From Mobula hypostoma (Eukaryota): a DNA stretch of 64,000 nt. Positions within the stretch are counted from its first letter, which is position 1, and each line of letters opens with the position of its first letter. A program made the position numbers and the translations under genes. The DNA lies in the NCBI RefSeq assembly GCF_963921235.1, contig NC_086108.1, positions 8,184,001-8,248,000 of the forward strand, written 5' to 3'. Of the stretch, positions 1-12,989 are shown in pieces. The notes beneath the pieces are model-generated. The model saw only the letters and a program-made list of their open reading frames with translations. It had not been told where the DNA came from and ran no database searches.

Positions 1-2390
1 GAATCTCCCCCGTTCTCAATGGAAAAAGCCTATCCATGTCAACTCTATCAATCCCCCTCATAATTTTAAACACCTCTATCAAGTCCCCCCTCAACCTTCT
101 ACGCTCCAAAGAATAAAGACCTAACTCGTTCAACCTTTCTCTGTAACCTAGGAGATGAAACCCAGGTAACATTTTAGTAAACCTCCTCTGTACTCTCTCA
201 ATTTTATTGACATCTTTCCTATAATTCGGTGACCAGAACTGTACACAATACTCCAAATTTGGCCTTACCAATGCCTTATACAATTTCAACATTACATCCC
301 AACTCCTATACTCAATGCTCTGATTAATAAAGGCCAGCATACCAAAAGCTTTCTTCACCACCCTATCCACATGAGATTCCACCTTCAGGGAACTATGCAC
401 CATTATTCCTAGATCCCTTTGTTCTACTGCATTCTTCAATGCCCTACCATTTACCATGTATGTTCTATTTTGATTAGTCCTACCAAAATGTAGCACCTTA
501 CATTTATCAGCATCAAACTCCATCTGCCATCTTTCAGCCCACTCTTCTAAATGGCCTAAATCTCTCTGCAAGCTTTGCAAACCTATTTCATTATCCACAA
601 CGCCACCTATCTTAGTATCATCTGCATACTTACTAATCCAATTTACCACCCCATCATCCAGATCATTAATATATATGACAAACAACATTGGACCCAGTAC
701 AGATCCCTGAGGCACACCGCTACACACCGTCCTCCAATCTGACACATAGTTATCCACCACTACTCTCTGGCGTCTCCCATTTAGCCACTGCTGAATCCAT
801 TTTACTACTTCGATATTAATGCCTAACCATTGAACCTTCCTAACTAACCTACCATATGGAACCTTGTCAAAGGCCTTACTGAAGTCCATATAGACAACAT
901 CCACCGCTTTACCCTCGTCAACTTTCTTAGTAACCTCATCAAAAAATTCAATATAATATTTGTCAAACATGACCTTCCACGCACAAATCCATGTTGACTA
1001 TTCCTAATCAGACCCTGTCTATCCAGATAATTATATATAACATCTCTAAGAATACTTTCCATCAATTTACCCACCACTGACGTCAAAATCACAGGCCGAT
1101 AATTGCCAGGTTTACTCTTAGAACCCTTTTTAAACAATGGAACAACATGAGCAATACGCCAATCCTCCGGCACCATTCCCGTTTCTAATGACATTTGAAA
1201 TATTTCTGTCAGTGCCCCTGCTATTTCCACACTAACTTCCCTCAAGTTCCTAGGGAGTATCTTGTCTGGACCCAGAGATTTATCCACTTTTATATTCCTT
1301 AAAAGCGCCAGTACTTCCTCTTCTTTAATCGTCATACTTTCTATAACTACTCTTCTTGTTTCCTTTACCTTACACAATTCAATATCCTTCTCCTTAATGA
1401 ATACTGAAGAAAATAAATTGTTCAAAATCTCCCCCATCTCCTTTGGCTCCGCACATAGCCGTCCACTCTGATTTTCTAAGGGACCAATTTTATCCCTCAC
1501 TATCCTTTTGCTATTTATATAACCGTAGAAACCCTTTGGATTTATTTTCACCTTACTTGCCAAAACAGCCTTGTATCTTCTTTTAGCTTTTCTAATTTCT
1601 TTCTTAAGATTCTTTTTACATTCTTTATATTCCTCGAGCACCTCATTAACTCCAAGTTGCCTATATTTATTGAAGATCCCTCTCTCTTTCCGAACCAAGT
1701 TTCCAATATCCCTTGAAAACCGTAGCTCTCTCAAAATTTTAACCTTCCCTTTCAACCTAACAGGAAAATAAAGATCCTGCCCCCTTAAAATTTCACCTTT
1801 AAATGACCTCCATTTCTCTATTACATCCTTCCCATAAAACAAATTGTCCCAATCCACTCCTTCTAAATCCTTTCGCATCTCCTCAAAGTTAGCCTTTCTC
1901 CAATCAAAAATCTCAACCCTGGGTCCAGTCCTATCCTTCTCCATAATTATATTGAAACTAACGGTATTGTGATCACTGGACCCGAAGTGCTCCTCAACAC
2001 ATACCTCTGTCGTCTGCCCTGTCTCATTCCCTAACAGGAGATCCAACACTGCCCCTTCTCTAGCTGGTACCTCTATGTATTGCTGCAGAAAACTAAGGAG
2101 GAGTCCACTAATCTATCCTGCCAGAGCACCACTGTTATATTTTCTCTGACAAGCAATGCAACGCCTCCCCCTCTTGCCCCTCCTATTCTATCACACCTGA
2201 AGCAACGAATTCCTGCAATATTTAGTTGCCAATCACACCCCTCCTGCAACCACGTTTCACTAATAGCTACAACATCATATTTCCAGATATCAATCCATGC
2301 TCTAAGTTCATCCACCTTTCTTACAATGCTCCTAGCATTAAAATAGATGCATTTAAGAAACTCTCCACCTCCTAATCTCTGTTAATCCTT
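1..2390 (-). mobile_element. CR1-clade LINE, ORF2 (APE endonuclease + reverse transcriptase), disrupted
   Basis: ORFs 2073-2315 (YDVVAISETWL...RCDR...GGGVALLV) and 844-2049 (SDHN; PGNYRPVILTSVVGKLMESI; SQHGFVRGRSCLTN). RT continues frameshifted to position 1; internal deletion near 2093. Confidence 0.93.
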
Positions 2391-3004
2391 AATGGAGCAA
2401 ACAATTTATGTTGATAATAAATTAATTCACATGTCCAAATTCAACTGTTAGCCCACAGAGCCAGCAGGTACAGAAGCCCAAGTCCCACACCACCAGGTTG
2501 AAAAAGCGTACTTGTGCATATGACAATACACTGTTGAACTGTTGGGATGGACAGTCGGTTTTTGTGGACTCTGGATCATGGTGTTTGGGGGCTTTACTAT
2601 TGCTGGTATAGTGGGGTGGGGGGGTTGATGCTTTTTTTGCTGAGACAGGTGGGGGGAAGGTTAATGCTTTTGCTGCTGCTTGTGCTTGGGAGGGGGAGGG
2701 GTGGGTTTTGGGGTCTAATACTTTCCTGCCATTCATCCTTTGGGGTTGTTTTCTGTTTTGTGGATGTCTGTGCAGAGTAAGAATTCTCTGATATTAAATT
2801 CAACTGTGGAACTCAACCCAACTACATCATTTCATGTTGATGGACTAGGCAGTTTAACTGGTTTGGCACAGATTAGATGGGCCGAAGGGTCTGTTACTAC
2901 GCTGTAGTTTTCAATGACTCTAAATATGCTGCTGGGGGGTCTCAGTGGGTCAGGCAGCCAAGCGAGTGGGTGACGTGGTCTCTCCACGGTACAGCATCAC
3001 TCAC

Positions 3005-3187
3005 AAAGATGTGCAGACTGTAGGTGTACTGATCTGCTCTCTTCTTGGTAATGAGAAGCATCTTGTCAAAGAGAAACAGCGTCCGCTCCTTCTTGGCTCT
3101 CTGTACCCGGAATGTTCCTTCCAGCACCAGCTCTCCGAACGCAATCAGGTCGGGACCCGTCCAGTTCAGCAGTGAGTTCTGAATCTC
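3005..3187 (-). CDS. PLEKHG2: PLEKHG-family RhoGEF exon, PH domain ([61 protein letters not shown])
   Basis: ccatccttcacag|GAG acceptor, TTT|gtgagt donor; 183 nt, phase 0 to 0. Later exons lie beyond position 1. Confidence 0.95.
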
Positions 3188-3399
3188 CTGTGAAGGATGG
3201 CAAAAGGTGTTCCAGTTCAGAAGCTCAGGGGTAGATATCTTCACTCTCACACACATTCGCAGAGTGCCATCAAACCCATCCACTCCCCTCAGTGCTCAGG
3301 TCCCTTGACTTGACAGGCCTCAGGGAGCCACAAGGGGGAGCACAAGACCAGGAATTAGTAGCAGCCCCACGCTAGCACACACAGAGGTAGGGAGCGGAT

Positions 3400-3783
3400 A
3401 CAGAGGGAGAGGGAGGGGAGGGAGATGGCAGAGGGAGGGGAGAGGGGAGAGGGAGGGGAGAGGGGAGAGGGAGGGGAGAGGGGGAGAAGGAGGGGAGGGG
3501 GAGGGGGTGATAAGGGAAAGAAAGGGAGATAAGGGGAGAGAGAAAGAGAGAGAGTGGAAGAAAGAAAGAGTGAGTGAGAGGGAGGGAGGGAGAGGGGAGA
3601 GGGAGAGAGGGAGGGGACAGGGGGAGGGGACAGGGGAAAGAGGGGAGAGAGGAAGAGAGAGGAAGAGGGAGGGGAGGGAGGGGAGAGAGGGGGAGGGGGT
3701 AGAGATAGGGGAGAGGGGAGAGGGGAGAGAGAGAGAAATAGACAGATAGATAGATAGATAAATATATATATATATATATATAT
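3400..3783. repeat. GA-rich polypurine tract followed by (GATA)n/(TA)n
   Basis: Almost only G/A on the + strand, then gata and ta runs. Confidence 0.95.
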
Positions 3784-3819
3784 GTTTCACTATGTTCTGG
3801 TACAGCAATTCAAACAACC

Positions 3820-4260
3820 AGGGATATCGGACGCTGTAGAGAGGAGTGGACCCAGCATAATACAACACAGACACATCCCTCCCCACTATCAGGAGGCACT
3901 GCCTCAAGCCAATAACGTCTCCACCATCCGGGCAGTGCCATCTTCTCATGGCTACCATGGGGCAGGGGGAACAGAAACCACCAGGTTCAGGAACAGTTAC
4001 TTCCCTTCAACCATCCGGTTCTTGAACCTACCCTAATCCCTACTTCAGTACAGTAACACTATGACCAATTTACACCAAACTGAACTGTTCTTATGTGCTT
4101 TTTTGTAATTATTGTGTATGATTTTTGCTTTTTCTTGTGATTGATCTTGTATCTCAAATGCCAAGGGCCTGTGATGCTGCTACAGTACGTTTCTCTTTGC
4201 ACCTGTCTACAGGTGTACTCGTGCAGATAACAGTGAAATCCATTATCATTTTGACTTTAT
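3820..4260 (+). mobile_element. Degenerate 3' end of a Rex1/Babar- or L2-like LINE
   Basis: caccaggttcaggaacagttacttcccttcaaccatc (TTRFRNSYFPSTIR); related copies at ~18600-18840, 29100-29620 and 55660-56040. Confidence 0.6.
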
Positions 4261-4300
4261 CCCAAACTCTAAGGAATGTAGACCTGAACTGTGCAGCCTG

Positions 4301-7300
4301 CTTAGTCTGAACGAGCTTCACACCGCAGGGATTAGCCTGAACAAACTTCACACCCCAGGGATTAGCCTGAACGAGCTTCACAGCCCAGCGATTAGCCTGA
4401 ACGAGCTTCACACCCCAGGGATTAGCGTGGATGAGTTTCACACCCCAGAGATTAGCGTGGACGAGTTTCACACCCCAGGGATTAGCATGGATGAGTTTCA
4501 CACCCCAGAGATTAGAGTGGATGAGTTTCACACCCCAGGGATTAGCGTGGATGAGTTTCACACCCCAGGGATTAGCCTGAACGAGCTCCACACCCCAGGG
4601 ATTAGCGTGGATGAGTTTCACACCCCAGGGATTAGCCTGAACAAACTTCACACCCCAGGGATTAGCCTGAACGAGCTTCACACCGCAGGGATTAGCGTGG
4701 ATGAGTTTCACACCTCAGGGATTAGCCTGAACAAGCTTCACACCCCAGGGATTAGCCTGAACAAACTTCACACCCCAGGGATTAGCCTGAACAAACTTCA
4801 CACCCCAGGGATTAGCGTGGATGAGTTTCACACCCCAGGGATTAGCCTGAACGAGCTCCACACCCCAGGGATTAGCGTGGATGAGTTTCACACCCCAGGG
4901 ATTAGCCTGAACAAGCTCCACACCCCAGGGATTAGCGTGGATGAGTTTCACACCCCAGGGATTAGCCTGAACAAACTTCACACCCCAGGGATTAGCCTGA
5001 ACGAGCTTCACACCGCAGGGATTAGCGTGGATGAGTTTCACACCCCAGGGATTAGCGTGGATGAGTTTCACACCCCAGGGATTAGCCTGAACAAGCTCCA
5101 CACCCCAGGGATTAGCGTGGATGAGTTTCACACCCCAGGGATTAGCCTGAACGAGCTCCACACCCCAGGGATTAGCATGAACAAGCTTCACACCCCAGGG
5201 ATTAGCGTGGATGAGTTTCACACCCCAGAGATTAGCCTGAACAAACTTCACACCCCAGGGATTAGCCTGAACAAACTTCACACCCCAGGGATTAGCCTGA
5301 ACGAGCTTCACACCGCAGGGATTAGCGTGGATGAGTTTCACACCCCAGGAATCAGCGTGGATGAGTTTCACACCGCAGGGATTAGCCTGAACAAGCTTCA
5401 CACCGCAGGGATTAGCGTGGATGAGTTTCACACCCCAGGGATTAGCGTGGATGAGTTTCACACCCCAGGGATTAGTCTGAACAAGCTTCACACCGCAGGG
5501 ATTAGCGTGGATGAGTTTCACACCCCAGGGATTAGCCTGAACGAGCTCCACACCCCAGGGATTAGCGTGGATGGGTTTCACACCCCAGGGATTAGCCTGA
5601 ACAAGCTCCACACCCCAGGGATTAGCGTGGATGAGTTTCACACCCCAGGGATTAGCCTGAACAAACTTCACACCCCAGGGATTAGCCTGAACGAGCTTCA
5701 CACCGCAGGGATTAGCGTGGATGAGTTTCACACCCCAGGGATTAGCCAGAACGAGCTTCACACCCCAGGGATTAGCGTGGATGAGTTTCACACCCCAGGG
5801 ATTAGCGTGGATGAGTTTCACACCCCAGGGATTAGCCAGAACGAGCTTCACACCCCAGGGATTAGCGTGGATGAGTTTCACACCCCAGGAATTAGCCTGA
5901 ACAAGCTTCACACCCCAGGGATTAGCGTGAATGAGTTTCACACACCAGGGATTAGCGTGGATGAGTTTCACACCCCAGGGATTAGCCAGAAAGAGCTTCA
6001 CACCCCAGGGATTAGCGTGGATGAGTTTCACACCCCAGGGATTAGCCTGAACAAACTTCACACCCCAGGGATTAGCCTGAACAAGCTTCACACCGCAGGG
6101 ATTAGCGTGGATGAGTTTCACACCCCAGAGATTAGCCTGAACAAGCTTCACACCCCAGGGATTAGCCTGAACGAGCTTCACACCCCAGGGATTAGCGTGG
6201 ATGAGTTTCACACCCCAGGGATTAGCCTGAACAAACTTCACAGCCCAGGGATTAGCCTGCACGAGCTTCACACCCCAGGGATTAGCCTGAACAAGATTCA
6301 CACCCCAGGGATTAGCCTGAACAAACTTCACACCCCAGGGATTAGCCTGCACGAGTTTCACACCCCAGGGATTAGCGTGGATGAATTTCACACCCCAGAG
6401 ATTAGCCTGAACAAACTTCACACCCCAGGGATTAGCCTGAACGAGCTTCACACCGCAGGGATTAGCTTGGATGAGTTTCACACCCCAGGGATTAGCGTGG
6501 ATGAGTTTCACACCCCAGGGATTAGCCTGGACAAGCTCCACACCCCAGGGATTAGCGTGGATGAGTTTCACACCCCAGGGATTAGCCTGAACGAGCTCCA
6601 CACCCCAGGGATTAGCATGAACAAGCTTCACACCCCAGGGATTAGCGTGGATGAGTTTCACACCCCAGAGATTAGCCTGAACAAACTTCACACCCCAGGG
6701 ATTAGCCTGAACAAACTTCACACCCCAGGGATTAGCCTGAACGAGCTTCACACCGCAGGGATTAGCGTGGATGAGTTTCACACCCCAGGGATTAGCGTGG
6801 ATGAGTTTCACACCCCAGGGATTAGCCTGAACAAGCTTCACACCGTAGGGATTAGCGTGGATGAGTTTCACACCCCAGGGATTAGCGTGGATGAGTTTCA
6901 CACCCCAGGGATTAGCCTGAACAAGCTTCACACCGCAGGGATTAGCGTGGATGAGTTTCACACCCCAGGGATTAGCGTGGATGAGTTTCACACCCCAGGG
7001 ATTAGTCTGAACAAGCTTCACACCGCAGGGATTAGCGTGGATGAGTTTCACACCCCAGGGATTAGCCTGAACGAGCTCCACACCCCAGGGATTAGCGTGG
7101 ATGGGTTTCACACCCCAGGGATTAGCCTGAACAAGCTCCACACCCCAGGGATTAGCGTGGATGAGTTTCACACCCCAGGGATTAGCCTGAACAAACTTCA
7201 CACCCCAGGGATTAGCCTGAACGAGCTTCACACCGCAGGGATTAGCGTGGATGAGTTTCACACCCCAGGGATTAGCCAGAACGAGCTTCACACCCCAGGG

Positions 7301-10300
7301 ATTAGCGTGGATGAGTTTCACACCCCAGGGATTAGCGTGGATGAGTTTCACACCCCAGGGATTAGCCAGAACGAGCTTCACACCCCAGGGATTAGCGTGG
7401 ATGAGTTTCACACCCCAGGAATTAGCCTGAACAAGCTTCACACCCCAGGGATTAGCGTGGATGAGTTTCACACCCCAGGGATTAGCGTGGATGAGTTTCA
7501 CACCCCAGGGATTAGCCAGAAAGAGCTTCACACCCCAGGGATTAGCGTGGATGAGTTTCACACCCCAGGGATTAGCCTGAACAAACTTCACACCCCAGGG
7601 ATTAGCCTGAACGAGCTTCACACCGCAGGGATTAGCGTGGATGAGTTTCACACCCCAGAGATTAGCCTGAACAAGCTTCACACCCCAGGGATTAGCCTGA
7701 ACGAGCTTCACACCCCAGGGATTAGCGTGGATGAGTTTCACACCCCAGGGATTAGCCTGAACAAACTTCACAGCCCAGGGATTAGCCTGCACGAGCTTCA
7801 CACCCCAGGGATTAGCCTGAACAAGATTCACACCCCAGGGATTAGCCTGAACAAACTTCACACCCAGGGATTAGCCTGCACGAGTTTCACACCCCAGGGA
7901 TTAGCGTGGATGAATTTCACACCCCAGAGATTAGCCTGAACAAACTTCACACCCCAGGGATTAGCCTGAACAAACTTCACACCCCAGGGATTAGCCTGAA
8001 CGAGCTTCACACCGCAGGGATTAGCGTGGATGAGTTTCACACCCCAGGGATTAGCGTGGATGAGTTTCACACCCCAGGGATTAGTCTGAACAAGCTTCAC
8101 ACCGCAGGGATTAGCGTGGATGAGTTTCACACCCCAGGGATTAGCCTGAACGAGCTCCACACCCCAGGGATTAGCGTGGATGGGTTTCACACCCCAGGGA
8201 TTAGCCTGAACAAGCTGCACACCCCAGGGATTAGCGTGGATGAGTTTCACACCCCAGGGATTAGCCTGAACTAACTTCACACCCCAGGGATTAGCCTGAA
8301 CGAGCTTCACACCGCAGGGATTAGCGTGGATGAGTTTCACACCCCAGGGATTAGCCAGAACGAGCTTCACACCCCAGGGATTAGCGTGGATGAGTTTCAC
8401 ACCCCAGGGATTAGCGTGGATGAGTTTCACACCCCAGGGATTAGCCAGAACGAGCTTCACACCCCAGGGATTAGCGTGGATGAGTTTCACACCCCAGGAA
8501 TTAGCCTGAACAAGCTTCACACCCCAGGGATTAGCGTGGATGAGTTTCACACCCCAGGGATTAGCGTGGATGAGTTTCACACCCCAGGGATTAGCCAGAA
8601 AGAGCTTCACACCCCAGGGATTAGCGTGGATGAGTTTCACACCCCAGGGATTAGCCTGAACAAACTTCACACCCCAGGGATTAGCCTGAACGAGCTTCAC
8701 ACCGCAGGGATTAGCGTGGATGAGTTTCACACCCCAGAGATTAGCCTGAACAAGCTTCACACCCCAGGGATTAGCCTGAACGAGCTTCACACCCCAGGGA
8801 TTAGCGTGGATGAGTTTCACACCCCAGGGATTAGCCTGAACAAACTTCACAGCCCAGGGATTAGCCTGCACGAGCTTCACACCCCAGGGATTAGCCTGAA
8901 CAAGATTCACACCCCAGGGATTAGCCTGAACAAACTTCACACCCCAGGGATTAGCCTGCACGAGTTTCACACCCCAGGGATTAGCGTGGATGAATTTCAC
9001 ACCCCAGAGATTAGCCTGAACAAACTTCACACCCCAGGGATTAGCCTGAACGAGCTTCACACTGCAGGGATTAGCGTGGATGAGTTTCACACCCCAGGGA
9101 TTAGCGTGGATGAGTTTCACACCCCAGGGATTAGCCTGAACAAGCTCCACACCCCAGGGATTAGCGTGGATGAGTTTCACACCCCAGGGATTAGCCTGAA
9201 CGAGCTCCACACCCCAGGGATTAGCATGAACAAGCTTCACACCCCAGGGATTAGCGTGGATGAGTTTCACACCCCAGAGATTAGCCTGAACAAACTTCAC
9301 ACCCCAGGGATTAGTCTGAACAAACTTCACACCCCAGGGATTAGTCTGAACGAGCTTCACACCCCAGGGATTAGCGTGGATGAGTTTCACACCCCAGGGA
9401 TTAGCCTGAACAAGCTTCACACCGTAGGGATTAGCGTGGATGAGTTTCACACCCCAGGGATTAGCGTGGATGAGTTTCACACCCCAGGGATTAGCCTGAA
9501 CAAGCTTCACACCGCAGGGATTAGCGTGGATGAGTTTCACACCCCAGGGATTAGCCTGAACGAGCTCCACACCCCAGGGATTAGCGTGGATGAGTTTCAC
9601 ACCCCAGGGATTAGCCTGAACAAGCTCCACACCCCAGGGATTAGCGTGGATGAGTTTCACACCCCAGGGATTAGCCTGAACAAACTTCACACCCCAGGGA
9701 TTAGCCTGAACGAGCTTCACACCGCAGGGATTAGCGTGGATGAGTTTCACACCCCAGGGATTAGCCAGAACGAGCTTCACACCCCAGGGATTAGCGTGGA
9801 TGAGTTTCACACCCCAGGGATTAGCGTGGATGAGTTTCACACCCCAGGGATTAGCCAGAACGAGCTTCACACCCCAGGGATTAGCGTGGATGAGTTTCAC
9901 ACCCCAGGAATTAGCCTGAACAAGCTTCACACCCCAGGGATTAGCGTGGATGAGTTTCACACCCCAGGGATTAGCGTGGATGAGTTTCACACCCCAGGGA
10001 TTAGCCAGAAAGAGCTTCACACCCCAGGGATTAGCGTGGATGAGTTTCACACCCCAGGGATTAGCCTGAACAAACTTCACACCCCAGGGATTAGCCTGAA
10101 CGAGCTTCACACCGCAGGGATTAGCGTGGATGAGTTTCACACCCCAGAGATTAGCCTGAACAAGCTTCACACCCCAGGGATTAGCCTGAATGAGCTTCAC
10201 ACCCCAGGGATTAGCCTGAACAAGATTCACACCCCAGGGATTAGCCTGAACAAACTTCACACCCCAGGGATTAGCCTGCACGAGTTTCACACCCCAGGGA

Positions 10301-10758
10301 TTAGCGTGGATGAATTTCACACCCCAGAGATTAGCCTGAACAAGCTTCACACCCCAGGGATTAGTCTGAACGAGCTTCACACCCCAGGGATTAGCGTGGA
10401 TGAGTTTCACACCCCAGGGATTAGCCTGAACAAGCTTCACACCCCAGGGATTAGTCTGAACGAGCTTCACACCCCAGGGATTAGCGTGGATGAGTTTCAC
10501 ACCCCAGGGATTAGCCTGAACAAACTTCACACTGCAGGGATTAGCCAGAACGAGCTTCACACCCCAGGGATTACCCTGAACAAGTTTCACACCCCAGAGA
10601 TTAGCCTGCACGAGTTTCACACCCCAGGGATTAGCCTGAATGAGTTTCACAACCCAGGGATTAGCCTGAACGAGCTTCACACCCCAGGGATTAGCCTGAA
10701 CAAGCTTCACACCCCAGGGATTAGCCTATACGAGCTTCACACCCCAGGGATTAGCCTG
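4301..10758. repeat. 30-bp minisatellite, ~215 units, with higher-order structure
   Basis: Unit cacaccccagggattagc + 12-nt variable part (gtggatgagttt, or ctgaac[a/g]a[a/g]ctt and variants); 1-nt deletion at ~7862. Confidence 0.99.
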
Positions 10759-10789
10759 GTGTATCTGCTGTAAACCACAGCACCCACTC

Positions 10790-11830
10790 CCCACTAGTGG
10801 GTTCCATTCTGGTCCCTCATTATAGGAAGGATAGAGTACAGCACAGAAACAGGCCTTTCTGCCCATCTAGTCCGTGCCAAAACCATTTGAACAGTCTTCT
10901 CCCAACGACATGCATAGTCCATGGCCCTCCATACCCCGAACATCCATGTACCTATCCAAACTTCTCTTAAACATTGAAATCAAGGTCACATGCAGCACTT
11001 ATGCACAAGGATGTGGAGGCTATAGAGAGGGGGCAGAGGAGGTTTTCCAGGGTCTTGCCTGGATTAGAGAGCATGTTTTATGAGGATAGGCTGTGCAAGC
11101 GAGGGCTCTTCTCCTTGGAGAGGAAGAGGTTGAGAGGTGACTTGATAGAGGTGTACAAGACGATAGGAGGCACAGATTGAGTGGCCAGCCAGATTGGAAA
11201 TGGCTAATATGAGGGGGGATAATTTTATGGTGCTTGGTTGTCAGAGGCAAGTTCTTTACACAGAGAGTGGTGGGTGTGTGGAACGCACACAGGATGATGA
11301 CAGAGGCAGACACATTCATCGTCATCATTCTGTGCTGCGTCGTACCACGTGGGCGATTGTGCTCTTTCCATGACCGTGACTGTTCTTGGCAAATTTTTCT
11401 GCAACAGTGGTTTGCCATTCCCTTCATCTGGGCAGTGTCTTCACAAGACAGGTGACCGCAGACAATTATCAACACTCTTCAGAGATTATCTGTCTGGCGT
11501 CAGTGGTCACATAACCAGATCTTGTGACGTGCAGCGGCTGCTCGTACGACTGTCCACCATCTGCTCCCATGCCTTCATGTGACCCTGATGTGGGGGGGGG
11601 GGGGGCGGCTAACACCTTGCCTGAGGGCGTCCTCAGGCTAGATGAGGGAAGGAGCACCTTACATCTTGTATCTCCAACCCGCCACCAACGCATTCGGGAC
11701 ATTTAAAGGACTAATGGATAAACACGTCATTGATAGAAAAATGGAGGGCTAGATGGGAGGGAAGGTTTGATTGATCTTACAGCAGGTTAAAGTGCCAGCA
11801 CAGCATTGTGGGCTGAAGGGCCTGTACTCT
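10790..11830 (+). mobile_element. CR1 LINE 3' fragments interrupted by other repeats
   Basis: KDVEAIERGQRRFSRVLPGL...RLRGDLIEVYK; RGKFFTQRVVGVWNA; interrupted at ~10835-11000 and ~11315-11690. Confidence 0.8.
11315..11690. mobile_element. Unclassified dispersed short element; other copies at ~37480-37860, ~59850-60155 and ~26650-26733/27330-27352
   Basis: Shared tggtttgccatt-ccttc...tcttcagaga...ctgctcccatg-cttca-gtgaccctg in both orientations. Confidence 0.65.
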
Positions 11831-11923
11831 GCTGTAATGTTCTTTGTTCTTCTTCAGCCCATTGCCTTGTCCACCTATCCCCTCCCAGCTTCCTGTAGGC
11901 TGTACGCTTCATGTCCCCCGTAC

Positions 11924-12055
11924 CTGCAGTCTGACCGCCTGTTCCTGCTTCCTCTTCATGTCGTTGATGTACCAGGCCACTGCCGTCATGGTGATAATGG
12001 CCTCCTTCACCACCTCGTACCCGTCAGCGCTCTTGTCGAAGTGCTTGGCCAGCTC
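11924..12055 (-). CDS. PLEKHG2: PLEKHG-family RhoGEF exon, end of DH domain ([44 protein letters not shown])
   Basis: ccctttcgtgactag|GAG acceptor, CAG|gtacgg donor; 132 nt, phase 0 to 0; [16 protein letters not shown] matches recalled PLEKHG2. Confidence 0.95.
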
Positions 12056-12169
12056 CTAGTCACGAAAGGGTGCGGGGGTCAGATTGGAATGCCGCTGGGA
12101 CCTTCCCCCCCACCCCGGCCCCCGCCCCCTCCCACACAAACACACAGACCCCATGGATATAAACCCACT

Positions 12170-12485
12170 GGCCACGCACTGTAGTGCAGCAGTTAGCGTA
12201 ACGCTTTACAAAGCTCATGTTCAATTTCCCGCCGCTGTACGTTCTCCCCGTAACCGCGTGGGTTTCCTCCAGTTGCTCAGGTTTCCTCCCTCAGCCCAAA
12301 GACGTATGGATTAGGGTTAGTAAATTGTGGGCACGTTTATGTTGGTGCCGGAAGTGTGGTGATGCTTACGGGCTGCCCCCAGCACGTCCTCGGACTGTGG
12401 TGGTCATTGATTCAAAACGACACATTTCACTGTTTTGTAATCATTTAAAAACCTTTAAAATTTATACAGAACAAATAAAGCTAAC
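12170..12485 (+). mobile_element. tRNA-derived SINE (HE1/V-SINE-like)
   Basis: tRNA-like head, then the central domain gcgtgggtttcctcc...ggtttcctccc...ccaaagacgta; tail acaaataaagcta. Confidence 0.8.
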
Positions 12486-12626
12486 AAGTTGGAGTAACCA
12501 GGCCACTGTAGGGCCACAGTTACAGGGGGAGGTCACTCTGTCCCGACCCTCTCCTTGTTACAGAATCCCAGGGCAGACCACACTGAACCGTCTGCCGGAG
12601 CCCTCCGCTCGGTCCCACAGCTCTAC

Positions 12627-12777
12627 CTGCAGCAGGAGATGGTATTTCAGTATCCTCTGGACAGGCTTCAGCAGGTACGTTTCCAGAGGCAGCGAGTGTG
12701 ACAGGGAGGCCTGTCGCTCACGGAAGAACTTGGCCAGGGTACCGTTCTTCATGCAGTCCCGCAGCAGGGAGACAGAG
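12627..12777 (-). CDS. PLEKHG2: PLEKHG-family RhoGEF exon, DH domain (SVSLLRDCMKNGTLAKFFRERQASLSHSLPLETYLLKPVQRILKYHLLLQ)
   Basis: cttgccttcacag|C acceptor, CAG|gtagag donor; 151 nt, phase 2 to 0; canonical DH motif LLKPVQRILKYHLLL. Confidence 0.95.
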
Positions 12778-12989
12778 CTGTGAAGGCAAGAGTGCAATGG
12801 TGCACAGTGAAGACCTAGCCAAAATCCACAGCACCCCCCTCCACCCAATCATCCACTCAGTTCTACTCCTCGTGACTCTGATCCAGAGCACAAGGCTTGG
12901 CCTAGCAGAGGAACAACAGTCTCGGCCTAGCAAATGGACATAAGCTTCGGTCCATCGGAGGGACATTATTTTCAGCCCAGAAGAGAGAC

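Noticed and set aside
4301..10758. CRISPR-like look (constant 18-mer + variable 12-mer)
   Set aside because: The variable parts are a few recurring variants, not unique spacers; there are no cas genes; the context is a vertebrate intron.
4154..10773. 800-1170 aa ORFs on both strands (DEFHTPGISV / VKLVQANPWG repeats)
   Set aside because: A 30-bp unit with no stop in one frame per strand gives long ORFs automatically. The array is intronic, has a frameshift (~7862) and a stop (8272), and has no unique flanking domain.
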